64,000 bases of DNA from a virus. Shown here one piece after another: positions 58,658 through 63,967 of the stretch (position 1 is its first letter; every line of letters begins with the position of its first letter). Location of the stretch: IMG/VR virus record IMGVR_UViG_3300042516_003202. One strand, written 5' to 3'. Position numbers and translations under genes: made by a program. The notes beneath the pieces were generated by a model. That model did not search any database and was not told the origin of the DNA. It saw nothing but the letters and a program-made list of their open reading frames with translations.

Positions 58658-58918
58658 TCAGGCGGCGATCTGCTGCAGGTCGCCGTTGCGGCGGGCGTCG
58701 CTGATCAGGCGCCCCAGGGAGAGGCCCAGCAGGTCGGGCGAGGAGATCACCTCTGCCAGGTGAGCAGCGAAGGCGGGGGTGGCATCGAACCCGTAGGCAC
58801 GGTCGGCGCTGCTCTGGAAGATGATCTCAACAGCGGTGCCGTCGATCTCAACGTTGGCGATGGCGCTGCTCTGCTCGGTGGTGAAGGAGCGGAAGATGGG
58901 GGCGGTAGCGGTGGTCAT
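58658..58918 (-). CDS. Cassette 2: KTSC-like domain protein (86 aa)
   Basis: SSAIANVEID..VEIIFQS..RAYGF...SLGRLI. Confidence 0.65.
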   Translation of the reverse strand: MTTATAPIFRSFTTEQSSAIANVEIDGTAVEIIFQSSADRAYGFDATPAFAAHLAEVISSPDLLGLSLGRLISDARRNGDLQQIAA

Positions 58919-58987
58919 GAGGTGCGGTTGCGTGTGCTTGAGAATTGTACCATGGAAAGGGGGCGCCCTTGGGCACCCCCGTGGGGG

Positions 58988-59230
58988 TCAGAAGTTGTCT
59001 GCCACGTCCCAGCGAATCACCTGCAGGTCAGGGCTGAGGCGGGCGCAGGTCTCCCATGCCTGCTGGGCGGTGGGTGCCATGTAGGCCATGACCTCATGGC
59101 GCTGGCGGCGGGTGTTCCAACCGCTGAACAGGAACTTGTACTCCTGCTCCTCAGCGAACACGTCTTCCCAGTCCTGCTCGGTGGGGATGTACGCTTCGTC
59201 GATCTGGGCGTAGTCGGTGAAGGCGGTCAT
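58988..59230 (-). CDS. Cassette 3: 80-aa protein (MTAFTDYAQIDEAYIPTEQDW...)
   Basis: ATG after leader; N-terminus shared with 63476-63652. Confidence 0.75.
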   Translation of the reverse strand: MTAFTDYAQIDEAYIPTEQDWEDVFAEEQEYKFLFSGWNTRRQRHEVMAYMAPTAQQAWETCARLSPDLQVIRWDVADNF

Positions 59231-59299
59231 CGGGTGTGGTGCGGTTTGCTCTGGAATTCTACAGGATGGGAGGGCAGGGGTCAACCTGCCCCTGGAGGA

Positions 59300-59560
59300 T
59301 CAGATGCCTGCCACGGCAGCAGCGATGCGGTCCCGCTTGCGGATCGCGGTGGGCACGATGAACCACAGGTCGCGCTTCCCATTATCGGAGCGGGTGGCAT
59401 CCAGAACGCCTGCCTTCTCAAGGTCGACCATGAGGGCGTGGATGGTGCCCTTATGGCGGCGGGGGTCCATGCCCATGGCGCGAACCAGGTCGCTGCAGGT
59501 CATCGGGCCGTCGTTGATCAGGCGGGTGCGGATCGCGGTGCGGATGATGGAGGTCAGCAT
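59300..59560 (-). CDS. Cassette 4: winged-helix DNA-binding protein (86 aa)
   Basis: GPMTCSDLVRAMGM...TIHALMVDLEKAGVL...RDLWFI. Confidence 0.7.
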   Translation of the reverse strand: MLTSIIRTAIRTRLINDGPMTCSDLVRAMGMDPRRHKGTIHALMVDLEKAGVLDATRSDNGKRDLWFIVPTAIRKRDRIAAAVAGI

Positions 59561-59631
59561 CTGAGCGGGGTGCGGTGTGCTTGAGAATTCTACAGCATGG
59601 GAGGGGGCACCCGTGGGCACCCCCGTGGGGG

Positions 59632-59811
59632 TCAGCGGAGGCGCTGCAGGTCGATCAGGCAATCCGCGAAGGAGTTGCTGCCGTTGATCTGCAGCGCCGC
59701 TGCTGCAACCGCTTCCTTGAGGGTCGCTGCCTGGATCGTGAGGATCTCAGACTCGATGCCCTCGGCACCGATCCAGGTGGCGTCAAAGCGGAAGGTGGTG
59801 GCGGTGGTCAT
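59632..59811 (-). CDS. Cassette 5: 59-aa hypothetical (MTTATTFRFDATWIG...)
   Basis: ATG after promoter module; TGA in junction box. Confidence 0.7.
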   Translation of the reverse strand: MTTATTFRFDATWIGAEGIESEILTIQAATLKEAVAAAALQINGSNSFADCLIDLQRLR

Positions 59812-59879
59812 GGCGCTCTGCCGTTGGTACCTGAGAATTCTACAGCATGGGGGGCAGGCGTCAACCTGCCCCGTGAGGA

Positions 59880-60071
59880 TCAGAAGCGCACTGCCCAGTT
59901 CGGGTCGGTGAGGCAGTTGACCCAGGCGCACCAGGTGCCGTTGCTGCTCACGCAGAACAGGTCGTTACCCTTGCGCTGCTCAACCACCACCACGGGGTCG
60001 CCTGCCATCTGGTTTGCCAGGCGGTTTTTCGCCTTGCTGCTGATCGGGGTCAGGGTCACGGTCATGGTCAT
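59880..60071 (-). CDS. Cassette 6: 63-aa cyanophage-type hypothetical (PISSKAKNRLANQM...)
   Basis: ATG after leader; TGA in CTGATCCTCAC. Confidence 0.75.
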   Translation of the reverse strand: MTMTVTLTPISSKAKNRLANQMAGDPVVVVEQRKGNDLFCVSSNGTWCAWVNCLTDPNWAVRF

Positions 60072-60099
60072 CGGATCGGTTGCGGTTGAGAGAATTCTA

Positions 60100-60297
60100 T
60101 CAGGGCATGGGGCAGTCACCGAACATCTCCTCCCACAGGTCGATGATGCGTTCGGGTTGGCGTGGAGCAGGTGCCCACTCCAGGGGGCAGGCAACGCCCA
60201 GGCGGGTGATCGGGTGTTCGGTGTAGGTATTGTCGTCGCTGCAGTAGGAGAGGCTCACGTCCTGGTAGGGGGTGCCGATGCGGATGCCAGTCTTCAT
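60100..60297 (-). CDS. Cassette 7: 65-aa hypothetical
   Basis: ORF track; ATG after leader; C-terminus overlaps a decayed repeat. Confidence 0.65.
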   Translation of the reverse strand: MKTGIRIGTPYQDVSLSYCSDDNTYTEHPITRLGVACPLEWAPAPRQPERIIDLWEEMFGDCPMP

Positions 60298-60333
60298 GGG
60301 AGGCGGTGCGGTGTGCTCTGGAATTGTAGACGA

Positions 60334-60492
60334 TCAGCGGCGGGTGTCACCACACCATGCAGGGTCTGCCTGGCAGAGTGCTTCGGCGGTCTGCTCCTGG
60401 TAGACGTTGATCGTGGCGTTTGCACGGTGCAGCGTAACGGTGCCCAGCAGCACGGCAAAGGCGGCAAAGGCGGTGGGGAGGATGTGGCGCAT
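60334..60492 (-). CDS. Cassette 8: 52-aa signal-peptide/membrane peptide (MRHILPTAFAAFAVLLGTVTLHRANA...LCQADPAWCGDTRR)
   Basis: Manual translation; hydrophobic N-terminus, AxA site, Cys pair. Confidence 0.65.
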   Translation of the reverse strand: MRHILPTAFAAFAVLLGTVTLHRANATINVYQEQTAEALCQADPAWCGDTRR

Positions 60493-60546
60493 GGTTGGGG
60501 GGGGTGTAGGTAGGGAGGGAAGGGGGGCGGTTGCCCCCCGCAGAGA

Positions 60547-60741
60547 TCAGAACAGCAGGTTGGCGATGCTCTGGAGAACGTCGCCGTACTCACCCACGAT
60601 GTTGCCAGCAGCGTCGCGAATGTAGGCATAGTCGCCGCTCTCATCGTGCATGGAGAAACAGAGGTCCATGGCACGGTCCAGGTCGGTCACGGTCTCTGCC
60701 TCACCGAGGGCAGGGCAGGCAACGTAGAAGGTGGTGGTCAT
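60547..60741 (-). CDS. Cassette 9: 64-aa acidic hypothetical (MTTTFYVACPALGEAE...)
   Basis: ATG after leader. Confidence 0.75.
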   Translation of the reverse strand: MTTTFYVACPALGEAETVTDLDRAMDLCFSMHDESGDYAYIRDAAGNIVGEYGDVLQSIANLLF

Positions 60742-60809
60742 GAGGTGCGGTGCGGTGTGCTTGAGAATTGTAGCGTATGGAGGGGGCACCCGTGGGTGCC
60801 CCGTGAGGA

Positions 60810-60989
60810 TCAGGCGTCCATCGCCTCCTTCAGTGCCTGGTACGCTGCCAGGTAGTAGTCGGCGTCGGCGTCGTTGCCCTTGAGGCGCTCATCACATGCC
60901 AGGCAGAGCACAGCAGTGCGCAGGGTGCTCCAGCGTGCCTCAGGCAGGGTCACGGTCTTCAGGGTTTGGGGCATCCAGGTGGTGGTCAT
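60810..60989 (-). CDS. Cassette 10: 59-aa hypothetical (MTTTWMPQTLKTVTLPEARWSTLRTAVLCLACDE...)
   Basis: Manual translation; not in ORF track. Confidence 0.75.
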   Translation of the reverse strand: MTTTWMPQTLKTVTLPEARWSTLRTAVLCLACDERLKGNDADADYYLAAYQALKEAMDA

Positions 60990-61056
60990 GAGTCCTGTGC
61001 GGTTTGCTCTGGAATTCTACAGCATGGGGGGCAGGCGTCAACCTGCCCCGTGAGGA

Positions 61057-61221
61057 TCAGTCAGCGTAGAGGCGGCGGAAGTCCTCCACGAACTCACGTG
61101 CCTGGTCGCCGCTCATGTTGCACACCATCTCACGGGCGACGGTTTCCCAGGAGAATTCGTCTGCCAGGTCATAGATCGCGGAGCGTGCCTCAGAGGCGGT
61201 CAGGCGGGTGGCGGTGGTCAT
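61057..61221 (-). CDS. Cassette 11: 54-aa helical protein (MTTATRLTASEARSAIYDLADEFSWETVAREMVCNMSGDQAREFVEDFRRLYAD)
   Basis: Manual translation; not in ORF track. Confidence 0.75.
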   Translation of the reverse strand: MTTATRLTASEARSAIYDLADEFSWETVAREMVCNMSGDQAREFVEDFRRLYAD

Positions 61222-61290
61222 GAGGTGCGGTGCGGTGTGCTTGAGAACTGTAGCGTATGGGGTGGGGCACCCGTGGGTGCCCCGTGAGGA

Positions 61291-61470
61291 TCAGGCGCAG
61301 ATGACCTCTGCCATCTTGTGCAGCAGGGCGTCAACCCGCTCCTGGCAGCGTGCCTTGTAGGCAGGGTGAGCAAGGCGCAGGTCGATCAGGGCCTCCTGCA
61401 GGTGCGCTTCCAGGTAGCGGCGCTGAGCAGCGGCGCTGAGCAGATCAAAGGCGGGGGAGATGGCGATCAT
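61291..61470 (-). CDS. Cassette 12: 59-aa helical protein (MIAISPAFDLLSAAAQRRYLEAHLQEALIDL...)
   Basis: Manual translation; not in ORF track. Confidence 0.75.
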   Translation of the reverse strand: MIAISPAFDLLSAAAQRRYLEAHLQEALIDLRLAHPAYKARCQERVDALLHKMAEVICA

Positions 61471-61537
61471 CGGATCGGTTGCGGTTGCTTGAGAACTATA
61501 GCGTATGGGAGGGGCACCCGTGGGTGCCCCGTGAGGA

Positions 61538-61741
61538 TCAGTCTGCCAGGTTTAACCACAGGGCGTCGGCAACGGCGCTGCCAGCGCCCAGGATGTCGTC
61601 GCGAACGATCATGCGCAGTGCCTCTGCGCCATCGGGCAGGCGGTGGATGGTGCGGATCCAAGAGGCGCCCAGCAGGTTGCCGCGGCCTTCGGAGCACTGG
61701 GCGATCAGGGCAGCAAGGGCGCGAACGTCGGCGTGAGTCAT
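61538..61741 (-). CDS. Cassette 13: 67-aa hypothetical (MTHADVRALAALIAQC...)
   Basis: ATG after leader. Confidence 0.7.
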   Translation of the reverse strand: MTHADVRALAALIAQCSEGRGNLLGASWIRTIHRLPDGAEALRMIVRDDILGAGSAVADALWLNLAD

Positions 61742-61805
61742 CGGTCGGTTACGGTTGCTTGAGAACTGTAGCAGGTAAAGGGGGGGCGGTTGCCCCCCGT
61801 GAGGA

Positions 61806-62066
61806 TCAGGCGAACCAGCGGCCTGCGTCGTCGATCCCACCTGCCCAGCGGCGCTGGGTGCTCTCACCTGCGGGGATCTTCTCCAGATCAACCCAGCGGC
61901 GGCGCTCAATACCCTGCGACATGGGAGGGAAGGAGATGGTGCGATCCTCCAGGCGGCAGGCAAGGGGGGTGGCAGCAGCATGGTAGCGGGCGCTGCCGCC
62001 CCAACCAATGTAGACAGTGCCGTGAGCAGAACCCTGGCAGATGTGGTGGGAGGTGGGGAGGGTCAT
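61806..62066 (-). CDS. Cassette 14: 86-aa hypothetical
   Basis: ORF track; preceded by half-hairpin + TAGTAT. Confidence 0.6.
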   Translation of the reverse strand: MTLPTSHHICQGSAHGTVYIGWGGSARYHAAATPLACRLEDRTISFPPMSQGIERRRWVDLEKIPAGESTQRRWAGGIDDAGRWFA

Positions 62067-62164
62067 GGTCGGGAAGCGGTGCGGGGTCCGTTTGCCCCGC
62101 TTGAGAGAATACTAGGCGATGGAGGGGGGCACCCGTGGCAGATACCGCACAAGTTTACAAACGT

Positions 62165-62365
62165 TCACACTTCGCGGGTGCTGCACCATCCGCTGATCGG
62201 GCATCGCGGGAGGCGGGCAGCACCGTGGCGATCGTAGGCATCCTGCTGCACGATCCCTGCCAGTTCGGCGGTGCCCACGTGCTGGGCAGATTGCTTGCCG
62301 CTGGCGTGAGTGATCACCCATACGGTCTGGCGGGTGTGGAGGTTGCTGGCGATGTTGAAACGCAT
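62165..62365 (-). CDS. Cassette 15: 66-aa hypothetical (MRFNIASNLHTRQTVWVITHASG...)
   Basis: ATG after leader-like sequence. Confidence 0.65.
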   Translation of the reverse strand: MRFNIASNLHTRQTVWVITHASGKQSAQHVGTAELAGIVQQDAYDRHGAARLPRCPISGWCSTREV

Positions 62366-62461
62366 TGGGGGCGGTGCTGGTGTGCTCTGGTGAAGGGGTG
62401 GAGGCAAAGGGGAAGGGCAGAGCCCCTCCGCTGTGCCACCTAGCGGGTTGGCACAGCCCGA

Positions 62462-62611
62462 TCAGAAGTCGATGGCGTTGAGTGTAGGTTCTGCACCATA
62501 CTCATCACATTCGTCAACACTATCCCCCAGAACAATAGAGTCAAGAATTTGGAGGATTTGGTCGCCGTTGTTGCCAGAGCGGAGGAGAGAAAGCGCAAGG
62601 TCGCGGGTCAT
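62462..62611 (-). CDS. Cassette 16: 49-aa cyanophage-type small protein (MTRDLALSLLRSGNNGDQILQILDSI...)
   Basis: Manual translation; N-terminus resembles a small protein family I recall from cyanomyoviruses. Confidence 0.75.
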   Translation of the reverse strand: MTRDLALSLLRSGNNGDQILQILDSIVLGDSVDECDEYGAEPTLNAIDF

Positions 62612-62668
62612 CGTAGTTTTGAAATTAGGGTTACTGGGTGTCTTTAAGGGCGCACCCGTTCCCGTTGA

Positions 62669-62830
62669 TCAGCGTTCCAGTTGTGCCAGCGAACTGGGGG
62701 CGATGTGAGAAGGCGAACCGCAGGAGCGATAGAACTCAACCATGCGATCTGCCTCCTCTTTAGTGTTGAACCACTGGGAGCGCCACTCACACTGATTATA
62801 GGGGGTTTGGTAGCGAACTTCGAAGCGCAT
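62669..62830 (-). CDS. Cassette 17: 53-aa cyanophage-type protein (MRFEVRYQTPYNQCEWRSQWFNTKEEADRMVEFYRSCGSP...)
   Basis: Manual translation; not in ORF track. Confidence 0.8.
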   Translation of the reverse strand: MRFEVRYQTPYNQCEWRSQWFNTKEEADRMVEFYRSCGSPSHIAPSSLAQLER

Positions 62831-62896
62831 GAGGTTTGGGTGGTGAACTTGTACAGTGTAGCACGTGGTGGGGGGCAGGAGCGCCCCCCGTGAGGA

Positions 62897-63163
62897 TCAG
62901 AGACCGAATACGTCGGCGTTGATCTCTGCTCGGTTGATCTCAGGATCGTTCCACATCACACCATCAGGAGTTTGCTTGCTGCCACAGTCATAGAGCACTT
63001 CGATGAGATCCTCATAACAGCAAACGTCACCGTTTTTGATCGTGTTGTAGACACCCTCATCGTTGTTGATGTAGAGTGCAACATTCCAGGTCTTGTAGTT
63101 AGTCCAGTCGCCGTAAGCAACATCCAGCAGGTTGGTCTGGTGAGTGCGGGTTGCGGTTGCCAT
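62897..63163 (-). CDS. Cassette 18: 88-aa phage protein (WTNYKTWNVALYINNDEG motif)
   Basis: ORF track; motif common in phage early genes. Confidence 0.8.
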   Translation of the reverse strand: MATATRTHQTNLLDVAYGDWTNYKTWNVALYINNDEGVYNTIKNGDVCCYEDLIEVLYDCGSKQTPDGVMWNDPEINRAEINADVFGL

Positions 63164-63228
63164 GGGGTTCGGTGTTGAACTTGTTCAGTGTAGCACGTGG
63201 TGGGGGGCAGGAGCGCCCCCCAGGGGGA

Positions 63229-63408
63229 TCAGATGGCGCTGGTGCCCTTGCTCACCCAGAGTGCCAGGCGCATGGTGCTTGCCTTGCTCACCTGCTTCAC
63301 GGTGCGCCCGTGTGCCAGGGCAGCAGTCTTCAGGCAGGTGCGCTTGGCGTCCTCATTGCCCACCAGGATCAGGCGAGCGTACTGGAGCAGTTGCTGTTGG
63401 GTTGCCAT
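63229..63408 (-). CDS. Cassette 19: 59-aa basic protein (MATQQQLLQYARLILVGNEDAKR...)
   Basis: Manual translation. Confidence 0.7.
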   Translation of the reverse strand: MATQQQLLQYARLILVGNEDAKRTCLKTAALAHGRTVKQVSKASTMRLALWVSKGTSAI

Positions 63409-63475
63409 GGTCGGTTCGGGTGTTGAACGTGTTCAGTATAGCATGGGTTGGGGGCGCCCAGCGCCCCCAGGGGGA

Positions 63476-63652
63476 TCAGTCTTCAGGTCCGAAGCAGCAC
63501 TCCAGGGAGAATGCTTCCAGTTCCTGGTCGTCGTCCCAACCGTAGAGGTCCCAACCTGGGCCCTCCTCCTCATCACACACGGCGTTCCAGTCATCCTCAG
63601 TGGGCACGAACTGCTCGTCGATCTGAGCGTAGTCGGTGAAGGCGTAGGTCAT
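63476..63652 (-). CDS. Cassette 20: 58-aa extremely acidic protein (MTYAFTDYAQIDEQFVPTEDDW...)
   Basis: Manual translation; 19 D/E, no K/R. Confidence 0.75.
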   Translation of the reverse strand: MTYAFTDYAQIDEQFVPTEDDWNAVCDEEEGPGWDLYGWDDDQELEAFSLECCFGPED

Positions 63653-63727
63653 GGGGTGGATCCCTCAAGAACAAACGTAGTATGGCATGGGGGTGGGGGG
63701 CGTTTCAACCCCCCGTGTGCCAGTTGA

Positions 63728-63967
63728 TCAGGCGGCGATCACCTGCAGTTGCTCGCTGCGGATCGCGGTGTTGATGAAGCGCCCCACGGATTCGCCCTGT
63801 GCGATAGTGTCATTCACTTGTGCAACAAACTGTTCAACATCAGCAACACCGTAGGTATAGTCACGCCCACCGTTGAAGGTGATGGTCACTTGCCCACTGT
63901 TGCTGTTTTGATCAGTCTTTGCAGCAGTCATGTTCTCGATGGCGCTGGATTCGAATTTGGTAAACAT
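63728..63967 (-). CDS. Cassette 21: KTSC-like domain protein (79 aa)
   Basis: SSAIENM...VTITFNGGRDYTY...SVGRFINTAIR. Confidence 0.7.
   Translation of the reverse strand: MFTKFESSAIENMTAAKTDQNSNSGQVTITFNGGRDYTYGVADVEQFVAQVNDTIAQGESVGRFINTAIRSEQLQVIAA

Larger units (their letters stand above)
58397..63967 (-). repeat. Tandem array of ~20 related promoter/hairpin/leader modules, each preceding one micro-gene
   Basis: Recurrent minus-strand CTGATCCTCAC-[GC hairpin]-..-TA(C/G/T)A(A/G/C)T-TC(T/C)(C/A)..GCACACCGCACC..ATG; exact copies: 49 bp at 59835-59883 and 61012-61060, 35 bp at 60733-60767 and 61213-61247, 36 bp at 62854-62889 and 63186-63221. Confidence 0.95.

Noticed and set aside
58466-59584. 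372-aa plus-strand ORF and other long GC-region ORFs (e.g. 59575-60513, 61318-61986, 63197-63727)
   Set aside because: Shadow frames from high GC content; they cross repeat modules and lie antisense to ORFs with clear promoter, leader and stop context.
58589-61250. Leader CACCTC / GATCCTCAC resembling the 16S rRNA 3' end (GATCACCTCC)
   Set aside because: The match is only 5-6 nt in C-rich sequence and has the same sense as the rRNA, so it cannot pair as an SD; likely chance.
58397-63967. CRISPR array interpretation of the repeats
   Set aside because: The repeats are ~70-bp degenerate promoter modules, the intervening sequences are 150-270-nt intact ORFs, and there are no cas genes in the window.
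58397-63967. Classical integron (attC cassettes)
   Set aside because: No tyrosine integrase in the window, the hairpins lack RYYYAAC/GTTRRRY ends, and unlike most integron cassettes each unit carries its own promoter. An integrase outside the window cannot be excluded.
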